DNA of 64,000 nucleotides. Origin: Octopus sinensis. Taxonomy: Eukaryota. How positions within the stretch are numbered: the stretch's first letter is position 1; each line of letters opens with the position of its first letter. The notes under the pieces were generated by a model that worked only from the letters and a program-made list of their open reading frames with translations, was not told the origin of the DNA and searched no databases. The position numbers and the translations under genes are program-made. The stretch spans positions 5,084,001 through 5,148,000 of the forward strand of contig NC_043001.1 of the NCBI RefSeq assembly GCF_006345805.1, given 5' to 3'. Shown one piece after another: positions 25,129 to 38,161 of this stretch.

Positions 25129-27099
25129 GTAGTAGTAATAATAATAATAGAACAGAAGATCCTAACGTCCTGATAGTGATAGGAAACATAATTAGAATAA
25201 CAAGGCTATGATTGGTTTTAGTGGTGGCAATTATTTCGGTAATAGAGATTGAACATGTAGTTATATTAATAATTGTAATAAAGAGTCAGGTGAGATTCAG
25301 TGCTATTGGTAACAGGTAATCCAATACAAATTGATACATGATCGGTACACCGGCAAATAACCCGAAAACTGAACCAAATGCTTGAGTGGTATGGAGGGTA
25401 GATTTTGTTGAATATTCTGCAGGCCGAAGTAAAAACTGTCAAAAGGTGGAAAAGCGCATAAGGCAAGCAAAATTCCACGAGTTTCCACAAAATGTGTGAT
25501 AAAAGGTAAATAATATTAGTAGCAGTTATCGTCTTACCCTTGCCACTTCAATTACTGCGAGTTGGGTTTATATGGATTGAATAGACATCAGTATTTCACT
25601 GATACTTTACTTTATCGACCCTAACATACTGAAAAGCAAAAATTGGCATTTTCATTGGAATACGCGATTCAGAATCAGAATCGATGAATTTCCTTAAATG
25701 TTTGCTTGCTTCAAATTTGAATTTTCTTTCAAGATTTTAATGACGATGTCGATCACATTAAGCGGATTTTTTATATCATTTCATCGTGCCATGTCTCTAT
25801 TCAATGATTTTTTTTATTTACATAATCGGATAGATTCAATTTGTAGCGTAACGATAATTACGAGAAGCATATGTCGTTCAATCTGGCAATCTCAGCAACT
25901 ATATCATATAGAATGTACGGTAAAAAGGCAGTTGTTATTTCTGAATGTATTACGCTGATACTGTAACATATGTAAACCGAAAGAGCCTTTATATCATTAT
26001 TACAATATCAACGCTCTATTCTTCGTAAATAGCAAGTGTGTGTATTTGTGGAAGTGTTAAAGGACATTTGTGTCAGGGATATGCAGCAAAAAGTGAACCC
26101 AAAGTTTAAAGAATTCTATTTGGTGTCATTCTTTTAGTTTTTGCATAAAACCTTCTCTTGTTTCTATCGACAGTGTGTCTATCATGAGAGAATATGATAC
26201 TTTTTGCGTAAATGATTAACGACTTTTACAGCATTCAGTTGTACTGAATCATCCTGATGTGAAGTCTTATAAATATGTAACTTATGGAATGCAATTTGTT
26301 ATTAATCAGTTTATTGTATTCGAATGTTCAGATATATTTAAATATCTTTGTGTAATTTTGTTGGCAATAGGCGTCAATATTAAATTTTTTGTGACGTCGT
26401 GAGGAATATAATCAAAAACTTATTTTAGATTCTGAGCGAGAAGAATTAAGAAGAGAATGGCATGGTAGTTGTGTAGGTCGGCGTACGAAGTGAGTTTGTT
26501 ACACGCGAGAAAATGAAGGGTTGACACTGTTATGTCTGCAATCATTACAGCAATAAAGGTGACTATTATTATTTTCCTGTTCTAATTGGTCTTTTGTTGG
26601 AATTCAGACGTTATCAATTAGGCATAGCTGAAGAACGGCCATGGTCAACTCTCATTTCTACATTTCAAGAACAATATCTGTTGTTTGTCTCCATTTTCTA
26701 AGATAACGTGAAACGTTACGAAAATATGGCTTCTAATTTATAAAGATCTAATAAGCACGCAAACCTTGTGAAGTTCGTAAGGTTTAAACAAGGAAGCTAA
26801 TGAGGAAGACGGATTAATTAATAAAGCAATGATGTTGATGACGATGATGATAGTGTTGATGATGATAGTGATGACGTTGATGACGACGACGACGACGACG
26901 ACAACGATGAATATGATTCTTCTATTTCTGATGATTTGATGTGAAATATCAGAAATGCATTACGGATTATTTGTACTAATCCTAAGCATAATTATTATAA
27001 ATGCTTATACTGTTGATTTTAGTATTCTTTCATATTATTACTCTCATAATCTTTGCCTTCATTGCCAGCTTGGATGCAAGAAAGTAGTTTAAACGCTAT

Positions 27100-27890
27100 A
27101 ATATCATGTGGGAATTATAGAAATTTGCCGAAGAAAAGAGAAAAGATTGTATCTTGGAGCTTGATGTTTTTGATTCCTAAACTAACTGGATCAAAACTCA
27201 GAGTCCTAGAAATTGCTTAGGTTTTGTCCAATATAGACTGCATAATGAGTTGCATTTTCGAACGTGGTCTACCTTCGTTCCACTTCTTAGAAAGATCAAT
27301 TTGAATGAAACCCGATTGTTATTTAGATCTTAAAACCCAAGCGCATACACAGATATTAGCTCGTTGTATTTATACTCCAAAGAAGGACTTCGTCCCCAAA
27401 AGTTTATGCTTTTAATTTAGCAGGATTTTATTAATGTTAATGTGTACGAGCTTTATTCCATGGTTATAACTAATAATTGAGGTGTATTCTCAGAGCAGCT
27501 GGATATATTAAACACTGCGATCTACAAGTAGCAGCCACCACCACTTGCTAATATAATCATAAAGGCATTGATTATCATCAGAACAATATTTGAGGGCACA
27601 TGTTTAGCAGACGCAGTGGGAGTTATCAGATCTTCGCTGGAAAGCTTAGCTGCACTCTCTATAGCCGTGCCTTCAGATTTCAACTTGTTTCAGTGATTTA
27701 AAACTGATTGAATGGACAGATTTTCAAATCTGATCAGGACGCTAAAACTTCACCTGCATGAGTTCAAAGCCAGTAACACTAGAAATACATTGAGCAGGGA
27801 ATAAAGGAGCTCTGCACAAGATGGCAGAAAGCATAGGAACAAAATGGTACTTATATAATTGATTGAATAAATCGATGTTGTTTTAAAATG
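27100..27890 (+). mobile_element. Old mariner relic
   Basis: Residual translations VPSDFNLF (27667-27690; cf. APSDYHLF) and GIKELCTRWQKA*EQNGTYIID*. The left boundary is uncertain. Confidence 0.5.
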
Positions 27891-28054
27891 TGTGGCATAT
27901 TTTCCTTTAAACAATCGAATGGAAATTTTGGGTACATCTCTTTTCACCTCGAATAATTTGTCCTTCCTGTGAATTTGTAAAGAATAACATTAACTAGGAT
28001 TTCATCATAAACAACCTGTTTCACAATGAAAAGTGTAACCTAATTCTTTACAGA

Positions 28055-29321
28055 TATTGTGTGATTGATACGGAAAGTTCGAGCCGATTTATAGTGGCTT
28101 ACTTTTCGATTTATTTTAGAACATGGTTGATTCCATAAAATAGGATTTGACTACACCTCCATTTAAATCACAGTTTAAGCTATCTTTTTGTGGAAGAAGT
28201 TTTATGTTCCTATAAATTGTGTTAATTCTGTCACCCTTTAAAATGGAGGATAAGAAAGTTCATTTTTGGCACTTGATGCTTTTCTTTTTACGTAAAGGGA
28301 AAATGCCTCACAAGCAACCAAAGAGACATGCGCAGTTTACGGTGATGTTTCTTTATCCAAAAGAACTGTACGGAAGTGGTTCGCAAGGTTCCGAGCTGTA
28401 GATTGTAGCCTTATTGCTAAAAAGCAATCAGACAGACCATCCACTAGAGATGACCACCAAATCAAGTCATTAATTGAGAATTAACCACATTGCACTACCC
28501 GAGAATTGGCCAAAAGCCTCAACCTACCAAAATCCTTCGTTCAAGAGCACCTGAGTTGAGTGAGAAGAACCTTTTCAAGAGCACATGAGTTGAGTGAGAA
28601 GAACCTTTTGCAGCGCATATCCATTTGTGATTCGCTTTATAAACGGAATGAAGACGCGCTATTTTTAAAGCAAATTGTGACAGGTGATGAGAAATGGATT
28701 ATCTACCAAAATGTTCAGAGAAAGCGATCCTGGAGTAAGTGACATGAGCCACCCTTAGTCACCCCCAAAAGCGGGTCTTCACCCTAAAAAAGTGTTGCTT
28801 TGTGTCTGGGGGGATTGGAAATAAATTCTCTACCCAGAGTTTCACCCAAGTACCCAGATAATTAATTCTGAGAAATACTGCACGTAACTGGACGAGTTAA
28901 GAGCAGCAATTCAAGAGAAACATCTAGAATTGGCCAACAGGAAGGGTGTTGTTTTCCAACATGATAATGCAAGACCGCACGTATTTTTGGGAACCAGACA
29001 AAAATTGCTATAGCTCGGCTGGGATGTGTTACACTACCCTCCATATTTACCAGATATTTTAACTTATTCAGGTCTGTGAAGAATAGACTTAACTGTAAAT
29101 ATTTGAATTCCTTGAATGACGTAAAAAGATACCTTGATGAATTCTTTGCCATGAATCCACCAAAATTCTGGGAAGAGGGTATTTTCAAGTTAAAGGAAAG
29201 ATGGAGAAGCATTTCGCAACAACATGCTTCATATTTTGTTGATTAAAAATGTAATGGCAATTATTTATTGACCCCTTCCGTTTCTTTAAAAATCGGCACG
29301 AACTTTCCGGAAAACCCAATA
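28055..29321 (+). mobile_element. Tc1/mariner (mariner-type) DNA transposon, full span, transposase disrupted
   Basis: TIR cores CGGAAAGTTCGAGCCGATTT (28071-28090) and AAATCGGCACGAACTTTCCG (29290-29309), TA ends, ~1.27 kb. Motifs IVTGDEKWIIY and HDNARPH. Confidence 0.9.
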
Positions 29322-29548
29322 CAATGTATTTGTCTACAAATTACCGGGAAGGAAATGTCAAATGGTGAATGTAGTGACGTCATGCAATGGCCAGAGCTGG
29401 CTTGATCCATCGACAAAATTACAGATTAACTAAGGCGCTAGAGATAAAAAATAATCTTCGGTTGCAGTCTAATCCATATCAGCAACAAATTTTCTTCTTA
29501 ATGTATAGTGACTCAACATCAGTATTTTTATCGGTACAAAATATTACG

Positions 29549-29765
<217 letters not shown>

Positions 29766-29804
29766 GTATATATATATGTGTGTATGTGTGTGTCTATATA
29801 TATA

Positions 29805-30200
29805 AACTTCTCTCAGTCATTTCAATGCGGCAATGCTAGACCACCACCCTAAGGAGGTTTAGTCGAACAAATCGACCACAGGACTTATTATTTGTAAGCA
29901 TAGTTCTAATTCTATCAGCTTCTTAGGCTGAACTGTTAAGTAACGGGAACAGAAACACACCAACGCCAGTTGGCCAGTGGTGATGGAAGGACAGACACAG
30001 ATATAAAAGTACAAACACATAGATATATGAGCATAGTTCTCTATAGGGCTTTTTTCAGTTTCCGTCTACCAAATTTACACACAAGACTTTGGTGTGTCCG
30101 AAGCTAGAGTAATGGACACCTGCCAAATATGACACACTATGGGACTGAATCCAGAGTCGTGTGCTTCGTGAGCAAGCTCCTAATCACAAAACCTGCCCTT
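29805..30200 (-). mobile_element. SINE family C, diverged
   Basis: Reverse complement is collinear with 18703-19088. Confidence 0.75.
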
Positions 30201-30380
30201 GGCTTACACAGCCATTCCAGCGCCTACACAACCACGGCTGCGCCTGCACCTACACAGTCACGCCTGTGCCTACACAGCCACATCTTCGCTTACACAATTA
30301 CGCCTGCGCCTACACAGCCACGCCTGCGCTTACACAGCCACGCCTGCGCCTACACAGCCACGCTTGCACATATACAGCTA
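30200..30380 (-). repeat. 20-bp minisatellite, about 8-9 units, derived from the SINE-C 5' end
   Basis: Unit CGCCTGCGCCTACACAGCCA. Its reverse complement, read as GGCGCAGGCGTGGCTGTGTA, matches the SINE-C start (GGCGTAGAAGTGGCTGTGTG at 34844). Confidence 0.8.
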
Positions 30381-31755
30381 AACTTGTGCTTAGGGATATA
30401 TATGCTTGTATATATGTATCTGTATTTATATGAACATATTCAGCAAATACACACATATACGTGCGTTTTTGCATATAAGACTGATGACGTTTAGATATGG
30501 AGTGTGCACCACATTTTCCTTACAATTACATTCGTGTCACCAGTCTATAAATTTAGTATCCACCATCAGAAGGACACGTGGAGAACATTACTTCACAACA
30601 CTTGTATCCACACCACTTTATTCACAGATAGTAACATGCGAGGAACCTAGGAATTGTTATATATTTTAAGTGAGAAAACTGAGGAAGATTTATTTTTTGT
30701 TGTATTGAAGACTGGAAAAAAACACGATCATTGCACCGTAGGGACTTGTGTGAAATAGTGCTTCTAAAGTAAATTATTCAGCGTAATTACATGAACAAAT
30801 TACTGGTAATTAGTTCAATGGAAATTAATTGGTGAATGCTTTTCATGAAGAATATGTACAAACTTCTTTAATGATATCCTGTATATTGATATTTGTAATA
30901 TAGTTATATTTTGCTCTGCTCTAATATTCAGATTTGATGAGTATCAATAGAATTATATCTTACGCTAGTAACTTACTTCATGTGCGTCATAATTGGATTG
31001 TCGCAGATGCGTTTGTGTAGATGCGTTAATACCGGATACTTAATATGATCTGGTTTGCCTTAATTTTCAACACCTGCCTCTTCAATTACAATGTATGATG
31101 TTAAGCATGCAGCTAGTCCTTTATTGCCACATTTATCTGCCACAATTACATTTAGTGAATCATTTATGAAGCCGTGGCCTGAGACTCAGCTGGTAGAATA
31201 TCATTCCAAGTTCTTCCCATGCTATTATCTTCGTATTGCACACCTGAAACCAATTTGTACCAAATATTACTTCATGTGACTTGGTTTTGAAAATCTGCAG
31301 ATATAAGATGTTTATGACATATAATCCACGATGGTTTTAATATACACAACGAGCTGATACGTAAGCTAAACAATAATGGTTGACCACAAATACATAGGTG
31401 CAGTCCAATAGTATACAGTACTCAATGGTCATAACGGTGGAAAGAAGCTCGTAAATAGGAACATTATTCAAATCCTGACAATGGAGTTCTTCATGCATTT
31501 ATTCTATGGTAGCTGATTCACATAGAAGCAAATTTTTAATCGTCCTGAAACATTTCATATTTATATTATCAATAATATTCATTAAAGTAATAGTTATCGC
31601 CATACTAATATGGCATTCTTATAAAAATAAGAAAAAAGCTGTCCGCTTATTAGCTCCATGAGGCCATCGCCTTAAGTTAGCTATTTGATACACAAACTGT
31701 ATCCATATAACCTTCGAACAAGGGAGGTCAGTCGCTCCACACTACTTGACCGGCA

Positions 31756-31797
31756 GCTACAGACGCGTTTCGGGGTATTGCCACTTTTCAATGCAGC
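31756..31797 (-). ncRNA. Candidate minimal type I hammerhead ribozyme with U3:A8 core variant
   Basis: Minus strand: GCUGCA-UUGAAAA-GUGG-caaua-CCCC-GAAA-CGCG-UC-UGUAGC. Stem I is 6 bp and stem III is the palindrome ACGCGU. Confidence 0.6.
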
Positions 31798-32179
31798 GTA
31801 GCCAGCCAGTAGGTGTCGCTTCCGACAATCTCTGTTCGATGGTTTTATTTACCTAGTTTCGGTGGAATACATCCACTTGTTTTCAATAATAGAAATATTA
31901 AAATTACTAAGTCTCTCTAAAAGAGAACAGCGTATCATAAGTTGAAGACGGAAAGGATGGCTTCCCTTCACAAATACTGAGAGGGCACAGAAAGTGTGTC
32001 TATAGCCAGCTGGAGGAGGTGTCTTCCTGGGGCTACAAACTACAGTAGCATCCACCCTTAGGGGTTAGCCATATTCAAATGGCAAATATACGTCACGATG
32101 TGTTGCCGCTACTGTTTATAACTCGCTCTCAGATTTATCATTGTTATATATATATATCGTTTGTAAAAAAAAGAAATCA

Positions 32180-33259
32180 GGTGGTAGTAGTCAACATGCA
32201 AATAGTGAGCGGTGTTCAGCATGGCACTTTTTGGGACCACTACTCTTCATAATGGCCTCTCGGACATGCCCCCAGCCACACAGAGAGCCACGATCACAAG
32301 TTGTGCAGATGATACAAAAGTCTTGCAGGTAATACAGAACCATGAAAATATTATATACCTGCAATCTGAGCTAGATGAAATTTACAAGTGGGCTGAAAAG
32401 AATAGCATGCAGTTTAATGCAGAAAAGTTTCAAGCCACGTGTTATCAGCATGCAAAACTAAATGCTATACCCATTAATTACACTGGACCTGGAGGGATTG
32501 GAATCCCAGAGGCACAGTCAGTGCGAGACCTGGGCATTTACATGAGTAATGATGCATCCTTCCAAGTGCACGTTGCTAAATTGACAAGGAAATTCAGGCG
32601 GCCGACCGGATGGCTTCTTAGAACATTTAGAACAAGGGATCAGGAAACCATGATGATCCTCTGCAGGACACTTGTCCTTAGCCACTTTGACTATTGCTCT
32701 CAACTATGGTCACCAACCAGTGTCAAATGAATCTCAGAACTTGAGGCAATCCAACGAAGCTACACATATAAGCTCTTGAGAGACTCAGGAGATTAAGACT
32801 CTATTCCTAAGAGCGTAGGCGAGAAAGATATGCCATAATATACATCTGAAAGATCCTGGAAAGACTTGTCCCAAACTTTGGCATCGAGAGTTACACAAAT
32901 ACAAGAACTGGGCGCCACTGCATAGTGCCAATTTGCCATCAAGGTGTAGAACAAGATATTGCAATAGCCTGGGCTTCAGAGGTCCACAGTTCTCCAATGT
33001 CATCCCGAAGGACCTGAGAGACCTGCATGGAGTTTATGTAGAGGTCTTCAAAATAAAACTGGACCTCTTACTGTCAAGTGTCCCAGATGAACCAACATCA
33101 CGGCGGGAAGTGCAGAGGAGGACAGCTGCATCAAACGCCCTCATGCACTAAATGTCAATTTCTAACAAGCATTCGTGAAGTAAAATTATGTAGCAATACC
33201 AAATGGCGGTGCCCCAGCATGGCTACAGCTCGTGAGCTGAAACTAGATATATAAAAAAA
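32180..33259 (+). mobile_element. 5'-truncated CR1/L2-group LINE (RT C-terminal part + 3' UTR), disrupted
   Basis: Split motifs SGVQHGTFLGPLLFI / CADDTKV / VRDLGI / FDYCSQLW. The 3' end GGCGGTGCCCCAGCATGGC..CTGAAACTAG is followed by an A-rich tail. Confidence 0.8.
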
Positions 33260-34843
33260 TGTTTAAGCTGCATTCCCAGATCTTACGCCTTCCTTAAGTA
33301 TGATATATACCACCTAGGAACTGTGATGATTCTACATATATCTGAGTCTGTAATATTATATCTTACAAAATGTTTTATAACACCATTTCCAGTGTATATT
33401 TATCTCCTTTTATTTAATTTTTTATTAGTTTTTTTTTATGTATACCTTGATTTATGCTTATTTTTTTATATTTTATCCCTTTTTATATTCGGTATATATT
33501 TTATGGCATTAGAAAAAATAGTATTTCTATCTTTATTTCTAGTTTACATTTTATAAATATATCTTATATATCTTGTATCTTATATCATATTATTGTGTTT
33601 TTTTTTGTTGTGTATCTCTAAACCCTCATATATACTGGTGTAATCTCTATAGATTGTGTAGGAGTTTGTATCTTCTCACTATAGTAATCATGCTATAATA
33701 CATTACAATATTGTATTTATATTTTTTATTTGAATTTATAGTTTATAACTACACTATATATACGTGTGTGTGTGTGTGTATGTGTGTTCTATTATATATA
33801 TGTGGTATTATTTTACCTTTCAGTTTTTTTTATTATGTTATCTTTTGTATGAATATATTTTTCCAAGGCTTTTAAATTAGTTTATCTGTTATAGAAATGT
33901 TTATATTATATTTTTAGCCCTTATTCTTTGATTTTGATTCAATAGAAAAGGTGTACCCCTACTTGGATGATATCTGAATTCAGTTATGGGTTAATTGTTG
34001 AATAGTTTTATCAGGACCACTTTAACATTATGCTAGAAAGAAACAATGGAATATGAGGTTTCTATTTCATATAAAAGTACCCCACTTTTATGTCTTATTT
34101 TGCTTTAGCTATTCCACTTCACTTACTTGGCCATTAAATCCTATTCTAAATTTTAATGTTTCAATATATAAATTCCGCTAAGCTTCGATGAAAATGTATC
34201 TTGCCGTACGCTTAATCCCCACAATTGGATAACATTCTGACCTCCTTTGTTTCCCATTTTGTCCCCTTTTAGTTGATAATCGTGTTAAGCGACCCAAGCT
34301 ATTCCTCCTTCTGATTACTTTCTCGTTTCTGTATTTCATTACCTTCCTACAATCCCCTTAGACATATTCTTGTATATAGATATGGCAGATTTTATAGTCA
34401 CCCATTTACCGCCAACAACAAGAACTTAACTATCAATGCACAATGGTTTTAACGCTAAGTGAATGTAGACTGCTTGCTGGATTGTGTCTTTTGAACGCGA
34501 TAAGGATAAAGTTGGATGTAGCTATATCACCATTCCTCTTTCTTAACACCTGTTATTTTCTTCTGCCACTCTAAATTGCAGTAAGTTTTAGGTATCTTTT
34601 TCTAAATTTCATTCTCCTACAATATTAACAAAAAGAAGAAATGTAATTATTTTAATCTCTAGTATTCATCAACAGTTTGATAGAAAAATTATAAAGGAGT
34701 ACCCTGTGTGGGGGGATCTAAAATCTAGTATGCTTCCGGGGAAGAGGGTAATATTTGCAGAAACCCTATTACAAGGAGCCGCTTGAAACCACCGTGATGT
34801 ACTGATACCTGGACATCAGTGTTACTTATTTGCTATATATATA

Positions 34844-34964
34844 GGCGTAGAAGTGGCTGTGTGGTAAGAAGCTTGCTCCGCAACCACATGGTTCCGGGTT
34901 CAGTCTCACTCCGTGGCATCTTGCGAGAGTGGATTTGGTAGACGGAAACTGAAAGAAGTTCGTC

Positions 34965-34966
<2 letters not shown>
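34844..34966 (+). mobile_element. 5' part of SINE family C (internally deleted) running into (TA)n
   Basis: GGCGTAGAAGTGGCTGTGTGGTAAGAAGC...GGTTCAGTCTC...GTAGACGGAAACTGAAAG. Confidence 0.8.
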
Positions 34967-35014
<48 letters not shown>

Positions 35015-36879
35015 GATTTATGGTGAAACAATCTTTCCGGAAATATTGACAGCATTATTATGGCTGGTAATTTTTAAACATAGGTGTAATCTTTAAGGGT
35101 GTATCTGAACCGAAAGATATCAGCAATACATATACGATATCATTTAGCGTCTTTGCTAAATGCTATTGTTTCTCTCGTATGTCGGTTGTTTAAAATTCGA
35201 ACTTGTCTACCGGAGAGGAAAGCCACATCTATATGCTACGTTTCCTTTTTATGTTATATAAAATATATAAGATTTTTTAAAAACAATATGTGGAAATGCG
35301 CAAATGTGTGCATGATCAGCTATCAACTGCTTTGAAATGCCGTTGCTTTCGTTTTTAGTAAATCTATACACAATAGTTTGTTGTGTGTGGAGAGAGTCAT
35401 GCTTCACCAAAATATGCTTCAACACACGAACTCACAGAACGAAACTTGCAAACCAAATCCAAAAATGAAATATACACAATAATATATTCCACAAAGTAAG
35501 AAAAAATCTATTAGAGCTTCGACAATTATAGGTACTTATACATAAGCGAGGGTCAATAAATTAAATCGAAATATAGGTTGTCAATTATTACATGGGTCTC
35601 TCTGCAATTGTGATTTTTCTAATCATAAAGTTAACGTTATGGAAATACATTTAGAATTAGGTAAAACATAATAAAGTGGATAAATAGGATTTACTCATAT
35701 CAAAATTAGTTATTGAAACGCCCAAATGCTATGAATTTCTCACAATCAACCAGGGGACGATGAGAAATGTGATATCATGGTGAATAATGCAAGATGCATG
35801 GATTTCGTTCTGATTTTTTCAGAGAAGTAATGTGATTGAAAGATTAAAAGATTGACAAATATGAATCTTTTTAAGGAAACAAAAAATGGAAGAAAAGAGA
35901 AAAAAGAAAACCCAAAAACATGAGACAAATAACGAAAGATAGAAACGCAGTAAACTACATCTTTATCGAAATTGACTTTCAGACAAATGAGGCTATGAAT
36001 TTCGACAAAAAAAAAAAACTAAAAGTGTTTTATTTTTTAATTTTGAAAAGTGTGAAAAATTTTAACAAAAGTCTATTTGATGGAAAGAGTTAACCATTTT
36101 TGTATGAGCTAAAGCATTAACTAATTGAAAATACATGACAGAAAGCTCTGATTGTTGATACTTCCTCAATAAGCTAGATTATGCCTTGCAATTTGCTAGC
36201 GATTAGTTCCTCCTTAACGTGACTTGCTTAATAATCGATATTTTAAAATTGATGACAGATTTCAATAGTGTAATAATCAATTGTATAGCATCAAATGAAA
36301 AAAAAATAAAAGTGTATCAGCATAGACCGCCAGAGGGCTATATATTTAAAAATAATCAATAGCGTGAGTAATTAATATAGTGTGTATGGATCTGCATATT
36401 AATGAATCGAAAGACTATTGTTAATTGCGCAAAAATATGAGAAGTTCCTGTGTATTTCGTTGGGGTTGTGCAGTGTCCATGTCCAGAACACAACATGTCA
36501 TTTATTGGAGGAAGGTAATTATAACAGGGGAGAGTTATTTTATGCAATTACTCGCCGCTCACTACCATTAATTCTTTGCGAATTTGCAAATTAGATGACA
36601 GCCATTATATAGCAAAGCTTACTTGAAATTTAGCCCTAATCTCTGTCGCTAACACGTTTTTATGGCAATACAATGCATTATGTTTTCATCGTAATTAGTA
36701 AAATACTTTAATCGCAAAGGAAGGTATTGATTACGAGGAGGACATGATATTGAATACAAGCGTAGAATTTAAAAAGAACAGTTCGCTATCTAGCATAACG
36801 TGTCATGGTGTGACTCTCTTAACAGAAATGATATTCACATTAATTATTGAAGCTCTCCTACATTGCTTCAAAACCACTG

Positions 36880-36990
36880 GATTTCGGGTTCATTCCCGCA
36901 CGTAGCACCTCAACAGGAGTCTCCGACTATAGCATCGTGCCAGCTAAGGCCTTGTGAATGGATTTTGTAGGCGGAAACTTAAAGACGACA
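36880..36990 (+). mobile_element. Degenerate 5' part of SINE family C
   Basis: GGGTTCATTCCC...GCCTTGTGAATGGATTTTGTAGGCGGAAACT. Confidence 0.45.
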
Positions 36991-37089
36991 TATACATCAT
37001 CATCATCATTATCACCATAATCGTCGTCGTCATTATCAGCATCATCGTTATCATCATCATCTTCTTCTTCTTCTTCTTCTTCTTCATCA

Positions 37090-37790
37090 TCATTATCCTC
37101 ATTTAACTACATTCTCTATGCTGTCATGGGTTGGACATTTTGACTGTACACTCGTTAGCTGGGGAGCAGCACCGGGTTCCAATCTTGTTTGGCATGGTTT
37201 CTACTGCAGGTTGCTCTTCCTAAGACCAACCACTCCAAGAGTGTCGCGGGTGTATATTACCAATATAGTGCCAATTCTCTAACGACAGCATCGTTTACAG
37301 CTACGATCCCATATCTGTTAGCGTTCGAAGGGTGCCTTTTTACGTGCCAGCAACATGAGACTTCCATTGGCCACGATACGATTTCACTTGGCTTGAGATG
37401 TATTTTTAAGCACAGCATAACGCAAACTTGCCATTGACTCTGTGAGGCCCAGCGTTCGAAGATCATTCTTCAACACCTCGTTTCATGTCTTATTGGCTGT
37501 ACCTCTTCCACAAGTTCCCTCTATATGAATCACACGACCATACCAGCGCAGTCGTCTCTTTTGCACATCAAATCTTATTTTATTCCCCACGTTTCTCTCC
37601 AGTCGCTTATACTTTGTCTCGGAAACACACTGACATCGCACAGCCAGCAAAGCATAGCAGGTCCATTTCTGTCAAGCCTCCGCATGCCCTCGGTAGTCAC
37701 AGCCCATGTTTCACTGCCTTGGAGCATTGTTGCGCATAGGCATCATGCAATGTTTCGCTCACTCTGAGGGACAGGCAGAAATTTGACCAA
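37090..37790 (-). mobile_element. RTE-clade LINE 3' fragment
   Basis: Minus-strand translations MLQGSETWAVTTEGMRRL and VQKRRLRWYGRV. A (GAT/GAA)n tail lies at 36995-37100. Confidence 0.75.
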
Positions 37791-37947
37791 CCTATTCTTA
37801 TTCTAGCAGATACGCTCTCGGTGCATACGTCACTGCAACTGCCTTGGATTTGATGGATTTTGTTTTCTGTATATCTTTAGTGTAAATTCTACTTTTGCAT
37901 CTTCCACAAAAAACTGTTTTCCTTGTTAAACATCCTCTGATATACTT

Positions 37948-38084
37948 TATTTACATTTACGGATATTTGTCCTCATTTACTTTGTTGTTAACACAACGTT
38001 TCGGTTGATATATACTCCAGCCTTCATCAGGTGTCTTGGGGAATTTTCGAACATGGGTTCTCATTCCTAAGGTATGTTTCGATG

Positions 38085-38086
<2 letters not shown>
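37948..38086 (-). mobile_element. Hammerhead-bearing module, family H, copy 1
   Basis: Reverse complement matches 42815-42950 and 52764-52905. It abuts the (TAA)n tract 38087-38160. Confidence 0.85.
37990..38035 (-). ncRNA. Candidate minimal type I hammerhead ribozyme (intact core)
   Basis: GACAC-CUGAUGA-A-GGCUG-gaguauauau-CAACC-GAAA-CG-UU-GUGUU, with palindromic AACGUU stem III. Confidence 0.7.

Positions 38087-38160
<74 letters not shown>

Positions 38161-38161
<1 letters not shown>

Noticed and set aside
25260-25490. Two overlapping minus-strand ORFs with hydrophobic character
   Set aside because: Short, with no motif I recognise; expected by chance.
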